In this document: in pieces, positions 51,401 to 62,099 of the stretch
Numbering within the stretch: position 1 is the first letter of the stretch
How the letters are laid out: every line of letters starts with the position of its first letter
Assembly: GCA_964187785.1 (NCBI GenBank)
Contig: OZ076419.1
Coordinates: forward strand, 36,146,001-36,210,000
DNA: 64,000 nt
Origin: Amphiscolops sp. MND2022
Taxonomy: Eukaryota
Direction of reading: 5' to 3'
Notes under the pieces: model-generated
Databases searched by the model: none
Told to the model about the DNA's origin: nothing
Seen by the model: only the letters and a program-made list of their open reading frames with translations
Position numbers and translations under genes: made by a program

Positions 51401-54400
51401 CGCTGGTAACTTTTTAGGCAAAAACTAAACAGGGCAAGTCTCTAGGGCCTAAAAACAAAGGCCCTTTCCTGGGGTTTTGAAGCTAGTCAGGAGGAAGCCC
51501 AAGGTTGTTATCTGCTTCCTATTCGGAAAAAGGTCCAAACCAGTGGGTAACGTTCACTAAATGTCCAGATAAGTTCAGTACCTAAACTTGTACCTCAGAA
51601 AAAGCTTTCGAACCTTTTTTAGGAGTCGGAAAAAGTTTTCGACTGCTTATGCAATCGTGTCGTTTTTTTTCTCCCGACCTTTTCATGATAATTTCAAATT
51701 TCTCAAAAACTGTTTATACGATTTTCATAAAACTTTGCACAGTCATTCTATATCCAAAGGGGCCCCTGCGTGCTCAAAGGCATCAAAATTGTATGACTTG
51801 AATGTGAGAAACATAGCCAAAATTAGCCCATAATGGCCAAAATTAGCCCAAAAACGGCCATATTTAGACTTTTTTCGATTTGCTCAAAAACTGTCCATAC
51901 GATTCGAAGGAAATTTTCTACAGTCATTCTACACCATATTAGAGTCCTAGGACCACAAGAGATTTTTGTGCGTATGTTTGGAACAAAAAAGCCGTTATTG
52001 TAATTACTTGGGGTTGAAACAGAAAGCAACAAGACTGCACTTTTTCATCAAATTCCACGTGCGAGGAGAGTGAAACTTGCTTCTTTTGACAATAGGGACT
52101 ACACTACGTAATACACGAATATCATTCGTGGACAATAGACTGCCGGTTGCGTCAAAGTTGTTTGTACGTGAGTTGCGGTAGGGTAATCAAGCTGTTAGAA
52201 AATTTCTATTTTCATGATGTACCAGTCACTTTTTTGCCGAACGCACGTTGTATGGATTCCAACTACCTGGGACTTTGTATGCGAGAGTAAATCATGCCTG
52301 CGTATTGGAAAAACAAAGCGACTTAAAGATCGGGGCATTTTCAGCAAAACGAAGTGACAAATTGTTAACGTACATTAGGCACTGTTTTTTCAGGGCAAAA
52401 TTTCACAAACAAAATTCTCTAATTTGATACCATAACTTAGAAAATAGTAAACATTTGGTGTTGAGATATCCTAAAGACAGTGCAATTTGTACAACTGAAA
52501 CTCCGCTGTTGTTTCCGGCATTTTCAATTCACTTTTTAGCCTCAAAACCATCTCATTGACTTCTGAGGGTAGCGCAATGAAAGTTAAACCACCAACGTAA
52601 AGTTTTGCGTTCTAAACGTTGGTCATACTAGTTTTACAATGTTTGAATCCGGACATTTTTCAATTGATTTTGCAAATGAGGCTATTGAGTACCGATAATG
52701 TCCAAAAAAGACACAAATTCCTCAATATCTCCACATTTACTTGTCACGACCCGCTCCCGGTCGGTGTACAACATACCATGAAGGAATTCATCGTGACACA
52801 AGACGTTTTGCACAGGGGTATGGGAAAACTTCTAAACTCATAAATATGCAAAAAATTCTACTTCCAGTACAGCTAAATACAACAGTAAGGATTTTGTTTC
52901 TGAATAATAAAAGTTAACATACGGGCAACGTAGTACTTTGCAAAATGATTTAATCTACCTAAAACTTCCGGTCTAACATTTTTACGCGTGATCATTTTCA
53001 CTTCCAGTTTCATCTTCTGAGTTACACATCTTTCTTTTTCCACCTTGAAAGGAAACAATTAGAACAGTATTTAAATCCGTGTTGCCAACGGTTTTCTTAT
53101 GATCTAAAATGAAACAAACATACAGAAAGTATAGTAGATTGTTGGCTAGTACTCAAGTAGTTCAACACTTACAGTCAAGGAAATTAAGAGACCAATTACC
53201 ACGTTATGACAGCGTCACACATCAGAGCTAGTACCCGGTGTTCCTATTTTTTAAGGTTCAATAGCGGTGTCCCTTGCTCCAGCTATTTGCGCTCAGTCCA
53301 ATAAGAATGATTTTCTCGTGATGTTATGTAGAGAATAAGAATGATTGTCTGCGCACTCCACAATCTCTACGTTGGTCGCTGTTCAACTATCAACTATATC
53401 TAATCTTAATACTTACGGAGACGTTACAGAGCAAATTGTAAAATTGTATCTATGAAATGAAGCTCCAGGCCAACAGTTGAACACTATTTCTTCGAGATAC
53501 GATGCATTAAGAAAATTTCAACATGAGGATCTAGGATGTCTAAAGCTGTACTGTGAGGTGAATCTCTGTGTTGTGTGCTAATCTCTACATCTGCGAAATT
53601 AAAGTTTTGTTTATGAAACGCTGACTTACGTTGACAAATTAACTCCCATGCCAGGGAGGTTCTCGAGCGTTCTGAATACCGTTTTGCATCTATAAGTGGA
53701 TAATCCGGAATGTCTACGGAAGGTCACCGTTTTAGCAACGAGTGAGTAAATGATGAAATTCCCACCTTAATGAAATATGTCCCTAATTTCACGTACTCAA
53801 CACGTTAACTTCTCATTTTTGTTACAAGTTCTTTGCGATCCTAATTTTCCCGACTGTGTTGTGTCGTATCTTTAGAAGCAGTGATGATGTAAATTTGTAT
53901 TCATTGAAACTAGTCACATCCTAACTATATTGGTCAGTTGCTTAGTAGTGATACTTTTCATTGAAATTGTCAAAAACCTGCGATATTTGATTCAGTTAAT
54001 ATGTTCTCTTTTGTTGTTGTTAAACATGTAATGTAGCGGTATGAATTGTATATAGTTACCCTGTTCCGGACAAACCACGTTTTATTCTTCATGTGAAAAA
54101 CCTCCTCTGCATCATTTGTTTCTCTGACCGTTTTTACTTAGATATTTCCGACCTTGAAATTATTTGCTCCATTTCAGTCGGGTTGATATTTTTGCGTGTC
54201 ATACTTTTGTCTCAGTCTTCATAATTCCCAATTTGGAAATTGACTACATGATCACGCCGTGCCTTCGTCGATGAAAACATTGAGCAGACTTTTTTTGTCG
54301 CCATTTCAAGTCCAAACAGAAAACGCGTTGGGATGAACAAAAATGATTTCAACAAATGCTACGGAAGGGTGACGCTTCCGATAAAGGTATCTCAAAATTG

Positions 54401-55472
54401 TTTCAGATGTTCCTTTTTTTGCCACGAGTTTGTCTCCCTTGTAAAAAGTACTGCGTATTTTCACTCGATACCTTTTGTTTTCTTTTTTCCAAACGTTCTG
54501 GGTTTTTATACCAGCAATATAGCAACGGTTGACGACGGATCAAAAGAGATAGGTGTTCATTCAGTTGTTTGTATTACTTCTTATGTCTGAATTACTTACA
54601 ACTCATGTCCATGAAAGTTAACAGATGGTTGGATGATAAAACCTTCAATTCAACTTGGCGAAAACTACCAATCATCTTGACTTAAGGGATTCTTTTTATG
54701 GAGCTCGGTGGAAAAAATGGGATGTTTTGAGAGCTCTGGGAGAAACTCTCAGGGCTTAGCGCTCAGTAACTTAAGTCTCTTTTGCCAATTTGGTGACTTT
54801 TCAAAAATAAAATCATTCTTTTTTCAAAACGTTTGTTTTCACATTGCATTTGCAATTCAATATTAATTGCCAATAAGTCGTTACAAGACCGGCAGGATGT
54901 TGTTACAAATCAGCTGTTTTTCACGCTGGTAACTTTTTAGGCAAAAACTAAACAGGGCAAGTCTCTAGGGCCTAAAAACAAAGGCCCTTTCCTGGGGTTT
55001 TGAAGCTAGTCAGGAGGAAGCCCAAGGTTGTTATCTGCTCCCTATTCGGAAAAAGGTCCAAACCAGTGGGTAACGTTCACTAAATGTCCAGATAAGTTCA
55101 GTACCTAAACTTGTACCTCAGAAAAAGCTTTCGAACCTTTTTTAGGAGTCGGAAAAAGTTTTCGACTGCTTATGCAATCGTGTCGTTTTTTTTCTCCCGA
55201 CCTTTTCATGATAATTTCAAATTTCTCAAAAACTGTTTATACGATTTTCATAAAACTTTGCACAGTCATTCTATATCCAAAGGGGCCCCTGCGTGCTCAA
55301 AGGCATCAAAATTGTATGACTTGAATGTGAGAAACATAGCCAAAATTAGCCCATAATGGCCAAAATTAGCCCAAAAACGGCCATATTTAGACTTTTTTCG
55401 ATTTGCTCAAAAACTGTCCATACGATTCGAAGGAAATTTTCTACAGTCATTCTACACCATATTAGAGTCCTA
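48432..55472. repeat. Recent 3.5-kb tandem duplication (48432-51949 and 51954-55472)
   Basis: Period 3522-3523 bp, only a handful of differences, 4-nt filler GGAC at the junction. Confidence 0.95.
51615..51949 (+). repeat. HINE-like copy D, truncated at the duplication junction
   Basis: TTTTTTAGGAGTCGG 5' end plus about two units. Confidence 0.7.
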
Positions 55473-55741
55473 TATGTGCAATGGCATCAAAATCGTATGG
55501 CTGGGATGTGAGAAACATAGCTAAAATTAGCCCAAAAATGGCCAAAAAACATTGAAACATTGAAACATTGAAACATTGAAACATTGAATTTCATTGGATT
55601 AATATACATGACATACATTAAAGTATTCATAAAGGTATAGAAAATCCAATGTGGACACAAAATGAGCATCAGTGCTCTTCAAGTTTGTGCCCATTTGATC
55701 AATCTCAGCACAATTAAATATTAAGTATTGCTAAAACACTT

Positions 55742-58608
55742 TTAGTAAAATATTTCCATCAAACCTCTATTGTTCATGATGTAGACTGACAAAATGTCCT
55801 TGATATACATTTTGATTTGGTTTTTGTTTAAATCTCCTAAGTTCTCTGGAATTAAATCAAAATCCAGCAACCAATTATAAGCTCTTATCATAGTATTTGA
55901 CAACGATTTTCGCTTCACTATTGTTCGGCTACAAGGTACATCCAGAAATCCTTTAACCGCCCTCCTAGTGCTTATTGATTTGCCTGTAGTAAAAGTTAGA
56001 GACAGTTCCAAAGATGATTCCTTTCGAATTTGCTTGAACAACTCTTGAATTACTTCCACCATGAAAAGTTCAAAAACGTTGAGAATTTTGTTGTCTGCTA
56101 ATACATTGACCATTGAATCAAACTTCTTTTTGAAAAAAATTGCTCTCAATATTCGCCTCTGTGCACATTCAATTTTTTGTAAATTTGTTTTCGCTGCACT
56201 ACCATAAACCAGTAGACCATAGCAGATAACTGATTTAGCAAAAGAGTTATAAAACATTAAAAGACATTTCCGTGGATAAAAGTGACGGACTCTGTATATA
56301 AGACCACAGAACTTATTTAGTTTTTTTACAACATAATCTATGTGCTCTCGGAAAAGGAGTTTTTTATCCAAGTGAACTCCCAGATACCTACAGGATGCTT
56401 TATAATTCAATTCGGAGACCCCGATTTTAATTGTGTCCGGTTTCCCATAACCAAAACACATTGCTTCACATTTTTCAGGGTTAACTGTCAATTTATTTGA
56501 TGAGAACCAATCCCGTACGCAATTAATTTCTTGGCTAAGAAGAGGATCAACTCTTTTTCCTGATTTAATTAGAGTCGTATCGTCAGCAAACATTGCTACT
56601 TCTGCCTTCTCACATGAATCAGGAAGGTCATTGATGTATATAAGGAAAAGAAACGGTCCCAGAACAGATCCTTGTGGTACACCTGTTTGGACAGTTAGTT
56701 TATCAGTTTCGATTTCATTCAATCTGACATATTGCTTTCGATCTCTCAAAAAACTTCCTAAAATTTCGTTAATTTTTCCTCTAAAACCATAATTTTCCAA
56801 CTTGTTTAATAAAATTTCGTGATTTAAAGTATCGAAAGCTTTTTTGAGGTCAATGAAGCATGCTTGTCCAGTCATTTTTTTGTCAATTTGCTCCCGTAGA
56901 CATTCTGTTACTCTGATGATAGCTTGTACACATGACATCTTTGGTCGAAACCCAAACTGGGCTGATGTGAGAATTTTATGCTTTGAGCAAAAAGACATCA
57001 TTCGTTTCAATAGAAGTTTTTCAAAAACCTTACTTAGGGAACTTATCAAACTGATGGGGCGGTAGTTCTCTGGGAGGTTTCTATCACCTTTTTTATACAG
57101 GGGAGTAATTTTTGCTAATTTCATCCAATCTGGGTATATCGAAAATTCAATCATCTCATTGAAAATTTCTGCAAGAATTGGTTCTATGACTGGTGAGCAA
57201 CACTTGAGAATTTCATTTGAGATTCCATCATGACCACTACTTTTTTTGTTTTTTAGGTGCTTCAGAATTCTCGCAATTTCTTGTAAGTTTGTTGGAGTTG
57301 TAACCATTGTGTCTTTCACTCTGTTAATCTTAATTTTGTTATCAATAGGTTTAATTTCCGCAGCGAGAACAGATCCAATCTGGGCGAAATATTCATTGAT
57401 TGCATCCGCATCCGGTGCAAATTTACTCATCTCACTCTGTCGTTTTTTAGATTTGAGCGTTGCATATATTTTCTTGGGACTAGGATTTTGACCAAGTGCG
57501 TCGAAATTAGCTTGCTTTTTTCTGTCCGTATAATGTGAGTAACTTTGTTGCGTATAGTTTTGTACGCTATATGGTTTTCTTCTGTCGGACTAAGTATCCA
57601 TTTTTGGAACAGTGCGTCTCGTTTTGTGATTAGATTTTTTATTTCGTTTGTTATCCATGATTGTTTTGGCGTTAATTTATTCATTTTTCTCTCGGGTGCA
57701 TATTTATCAACACATCTCATGATTGTTTTAGCAAGATATTCAACTTTATCATCAATTGGAGCAGCTTTGTTCATTTTACCTAACTCATGATTCAAGAAGA
57801 AAAGAAATTTTATTGCATTTTCATTCTTTAGGTTTCTCAAATTTCGGGAAGTGTAACTATTTGTATTACTATAGGACTCTGTTTTGATACCGAGATCAGC
57901 CATAACTGTGAAATGATCACTTATGGTAGTTTTGATGGTGTCGGTCTGAATATTTTTTTGGGTAATTATATGATCAATGCAGCTTTTGGAGTTGATTGTT
58001 ATCCTTGTAGGTAAATTATTTTGAATTTCAAAACCAAATGCCTTCAGTAGATTTATGTACTTTCTACTCTCAGTGTCGTCTATGAGTGTATCGATATTGA
58101 AATCACCGAAAATAACCGTTTCTGACCTGAGTGAGCTGAGAAAATGTAGTAGTTTCTCGAAATGATCCAAAAACTTGTTCACTCGAAATGTATCCGGTCG
58201 GTAGATGACACAAACATTTTTGGTGTTGTTATCGTCTAGCCTAATTTCTATGATAGAACATTCAATTTCTGTATTGAAGCCGATGGGCTTGAAATAATAG
58301 CCATCTTGGACGTAAAATGCAACACCGCCTGATCTTCTCTTGCAGTTCAGCCTGGGGGTAGATTCAATTGGTTGATATCCTAAGATGTCGTATTCATCAA
58401 GGGGGTCATTTTCAGCTATCCATGTTTCTGTTAGTGCCAGAACAACCGGTTTATGCTCAAAAGTATTTAGTAATATGTTTAACTCGTCATGATGGAATCC
58501 CAAGGACCTAATGTTTAAGCCTAGTAGCGTTAATAACCTAGAATGTGCTAATGATTGATCAACATCAAAGTTTTTAATCAAATTTGGAGTTTCCACTTTC
58601 ATTCGCAT
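55742..58608 (-). CDS. LINE ORF2 (APE endonuclease plus reverse transcriptase), split by one frameshift at ~57516-57521
   Basis: APE: LNIRS, LTETW, GGVAFY, GDFN, IDH, SDH. RT: NYRPISL, QFGFR, DLKKAFD, GVPQGSVLGP, FADD. Confidence 0.92.
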
Positions 58609-59396
58609 GCATTAGCGCCGCCCAGTGCCTCCAGTGTTGGCGAATTGTTATTGTTGAGCTTCTTCATAATAGGCGTAGCCTCATGTGTACTCATATTGTT
58701 AGTCTCTGCGTTCTCAACGTCCTCTAAATTGCGTTTATTGTCTTTTCGCTGCATACTGACTTTGTCATTCGTTCTGGGGGACCGTTTAATGGCTTTGTCC
58801 TTTAACTGCTTCACTGCGAGAGTTGAACCCACTTTTTGACTATAAACCATTCCTTTAGGGTCCTTCAGAAAAACTTTGACCTCGCAATTGTGTGTTGTAG
58901 TTACTAAATTTTCTTCTTCACATGCTTTTTTGACTTCAAGTGCAGCTGCAGGAAGTCGTTCAGTAATGAAAAGATTTTTACCTTTGAACTGAAAACCAGC
59001 GAGCATTTTCCTTCTGGCATAGATTTCGTTTTTGTCCCGGAAGTAGATGAATTTTATTATTATTGGAACGCTCAAACCTGTGTTTTGGGGTCTTCTGAGA
59101 GGATGACAGGCTTTCAGATCACCTGGAGACAGCTCATAATTGAAGTGATGTTTGATGGCCCTGCACATGTCGATATCCAAATCATCTGAAGCAGCATCTA
59201 TCGGGAAGTTGTAGAATATGATACAGTCTTTGCTTGTATATCTCTCTTGCGCCGATACCCTTTCTTTGAGATCCGTAAGTTCATTTGTCAAAGTAACAAT
59301 CTGGGATTCTTGGCGAGTAACTTTTGCTTCAAGCTGCTCAATTTTTCCTGATAATTTGAGTACAAGTTGTTTCATTTCGGAATCCGATAACTCCAT
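58599..59396 (-). CDS. LINE ORF1 protein (coiled coil plus RRM-like region), 265 aa
   Basis: Heptad-rich N-terminus (LSGKIEQLEAKVTRQESQIVTLTNELTDLKERV), KDCIIFYNF, IIIKFI, LFITERL. Confidence 0.85.
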   Translation of the reverse strand: MELSDSEMKQLVLKLSGKIEQLEAKVTRQESQIVTLTNELTDLKERVSAQERYTSKDCIIFYNFPIDAASDDLDIDMCRAIKHHFNYELSPGDLKACHPLRRPQNTGLSVPIIIKFIYFRDKNEIYARRKMLAGFQFKGKNLFITERLPAAALEVKKACEEENLVTTTHNCEVKVFLKDPKGMVYSQKVGSTLAVKQLKDKAIKRSPRTNDKVSMQRKDNKRNLEDVENAETNNMSTHEATPIMKKLNNNNSPTLEALGGANACE

Positions 59397-59849
59397 TTCA
59401 AAGATTGAGATGTCAATTTCAAGATAAATTCAAAGGATGAAGCTCTGCAATGTATTAAATTGAATGCTATTACGTAATACTGTCAACAATAAAGCGAGCG
59501 CCTGCAAACGAACGCGACTGAACTCTAGCTGCACATGTTGTTTTTGGATTTTTTTTGATTTTCGCAAAAACTGTCCATCCGATTCGAACGAAATTTGTAC
59601 AGTCCTTCTACACTATACTATGGTCCTTTGTTTGCATTTTTAATAAATTCGCTTAACTGGGATTGGAGCGAGTCAGAAGGAAAAAGACCTAAGCCGACTC
59701 CTTTGTCGCATATGCACCTCTGGTTAAACGTCTTTTTGTTTCGCCAGACGTCGGGAATACATAGAAACTCAAGCATTCTGCTAGAAAGAAACCTGCAGGC
59801 AATCTTGTTCAAAATTATGGAAACAATCTTAGATTTTCCAGTTTTTTTA

Positions 59850-60790
59850 TCCAGTCCCTACAGGTCCGATAAGCAGGGTTTTGATAAAACACCAATTTTG
59901 ATATAATAAAAAATAATAAAAATACAATGAAAAAAGTACAAAAAAGGGAATATCCAGCGTGACAATAACTTCTTTCAAACCAAAAACGGTATAGAAAATG
60001 GGAAGGAAACCCTTTGGAGACGTATTTCTACAAATGTAGTACTCTGCGGAGTTCGAACCCATGTAACCATGCTCCCCAGCTCAGTGATTCGTACGGACAC
60101 CAAGGCTAAACATTAGGCCAAACGGAACATGATTTCCATCCATATCGTTGTTTTAGACAAAAGTTATTGGGAAAAGAAAGAATAAGGAACGGCTTCAATT
60201 CTAAGGTGTTTCAGTTTCTTAGAAAAATGGGAAATTATCAAGTATGCACAAAAATTGAAAAAAGATGGTCCGCACAATGTGAACAGTCCGTTTTGGCAGG
60301 TTTTTGCTACCTCAGGCAGCAACAAAGCCATAACGCCATATGCCATGTTCGCGAAGATCACGAATACACCTGTGATTCTTCTCTTTCCGTTAAATTCACA
60401 GTTCTCATTTTCGGGCGGGTACCGCATCTGTTCGCTTCTGAGTCTTCAGTCGATATGGTACAGGATATGCTCAGGTACAGGATATGCTTAAGTACCACAT
60501 CGAGTGGTAGTTGTGATTTCTGGTGCAAAATTGCTTCAACGTTCGCTATGCCTGTGAACATCGCTCCTATGATCTCGGGAATTTTCAGAGCAGAGTAACA
60601 AGGACCTTCAAAACACTTTTCTGTCCACAGTTTACTAAACATTTGATGAAATTTTTAACATACCTGCCAACAGAGCTCAATACTATTACGATAACGAATT
60701 GCTTCAGATGGATGTATTGATTGGCAGGGATTATCGCCCTTCGATCAAATACCCATTTTTGGTCAGAGTTTTTACGTACAACGACGGAGA
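59850..60790 (-). pseudogene. Possible XK-related (XKR/CED-8-like) multipass membrane protein pseudogene
   Basis: Motifs in the expected order: LSSVGRY, VEAILHQKSQL (cf. LEAFLESAPQL) and IWMEIMFRLA*CLAL (cf. LW..EI..R.LAL). Hydrophobic segments, in-frame stops and a 17-bp tandem duplication frameshift at ~60455-60489. Confidence 0.4.
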
Positions 60791-61197
60791 ACACAGGTTA
60801 ACCAGTATTTTCATTTGATTATCTTTATTTTACTTGTTCAGAGGAAAAAGTTTACAACTGTTTCAAGCGTTGCGATTTTTTGACAAATATTCAAAAGACG
60901 TAGATTTGTTTGACTTCATGAATTTCGAAGCATTGCAAAATAGAGTACACTGAAGTTTTAGTAATCGCCATTGAGAGTCATTGAAATTAGTTATAGCTGA
61001 TTTGCTAAAATTGAAATAAACTACTGCAACCAACTCTTGGTGGAGGCTGAGATATGTAAAATAAGGGACGCAAAAAGGCCCATTTTTGGTGCATTCTTGG
61101 TGTATTATTGGTGCAAATAAGGCAGAGAGTGGTTTGCGAAGAGAGAGGCTCATTTTGCCCAACATACAGGTCTGAATAACTTTTCCAATCAATGTAG

Positions 61198-61269
61198 ATC
61201 GCTAAGCGTGGACAACTTATTTATGTTATTGAGAGACAAAACCTGCTGCCAGCCAGTCTTGAATCTGCG
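61198..61269 (+). CDS. Probable upstream exon of serine protease gene B
   Basis: 72 nt, phase 2-2, open; followed by a 41-nt GTAATT...TTTTCAG intron and in frame with the His exon. Confidence 0.4.
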
Positions 61270-61310
61270 GTAATTTCTTTTCGATAATTTTGTATCATTT
61301 TTGTTTTCAG

Positions 61311-61417
61311 AATGTGTGGTGGCACGATTATCACTTTCTCCCACGTGGTCACATCTGCCCATTGTTTCAATTTCCACGGAACGTGGATTGATGCGAAACA
61401 AGTAGACGTGCGAACAG
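61311..61417 (+). CDS. Exon of trypsin-like serine protease gene B, catalytic-His region
   Basis: Acceptor ttgttttcAG, donor G|GTAGGC. MCGGTIITFSHVVTSAHCFNFHGTWIDAKQVDVRT(G) contains the CGG...TSAHC motif. Confidence 0.85.
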
Positions 61418-61455
61418 GTAGGCGATCTCAAAGCAGGCACCAACTACATCACAAA

Positions 61456-61998
61456 TTTTAGGATTCGGAACAAAATTTCAACTACTTATGCAATCGTGAC
61501 GTTTTTTTTTCTCCCGACCCTTTAAGTCATTTTACATCCGAAGGTGCTCCTTTATGCGCAATGGCATCAAAATCGTATGAATGGCATCTGAAAACATAGC
61601 CAAAATTAACCCAAGAAGACCAAAAAACAGCTAGCCATTTTTGGACTTTTTCCTTTTTCTCAAAAACTGTGAATACGATTGGAACGAAATTTTGTACAAT
61701 AATTCTAAATCATATTAGAGTCCTATATGTACAATGCCATTAAAATCGTATGTCTGGGATCTGAGAAACATAGTCACAATTAGTCCAAAAATGACCAAAA
61801 ACTTTAGAACCAGCCAATTTTAGGCTATTTTCGATTTTCTCAAACACTTTAAGGTTTGAAAAACTTTTTATGCATTCTGTCTACACCATAAAAAGGCTGA
61901 ATACGTGCAATTTCATCAAACTCGTATGACTGGGATATGAGCGAATCAAAAGGAAGAAGACCTAAGCTGACTCTTTTACCGCACATGCGGCTCTGGTT
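61456..61998 (+). mobile_element. HINE-like copy F (intronic)
   Basis: Degenerate subterminal inverted repeats, tandem units and the 3' CCGCACATGCGGCTCTGGTT end. Confidence 0.7.
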
Positions 61999-62099
61999 AA
62001 TGGAAGTTCTTTCAGTTTTGAATTAGAATCATAAATACTACTAACCCTCTGAGATATCGCTTTAAGCTCTTACAATTTTGTGAAACCTGTAGTATGAAT

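Larger units (their letters stand above)
55551..59536 (-). mobile_element. Near full-length CR1-group (L2/Crack-like) non-LTR retrotransposon
   Basis: ORF1 plus an APE-RT ORF2; 3' tail of (TTTCAATG)x4-5; possible ACAT TSD or microhomology. Confidence 0.93.
55138..59725 (+). repeat. HINE-like copy E, split by the LINE insertion (55138-55550 and ~59540-59725)
   Basis: 5' end and units lie left of the LINE; the last unit and the CCGACTCCT...CTCTGGTT 3' end lie right of it. Confidence 0.75.

Noticed and set aside
49097-54590. Paired short ORFs in the tandem duplication as genes
   Set aside because: They are under 90 aa with no recognisable motif; their pairing reflects the duplication.
60167-60720. 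GPCR-like reading on the + strand
   Set aside because: No DRY or other conserved class A motifs; more likely the antisense shadow of the minus-strand membrane-protein remnant.
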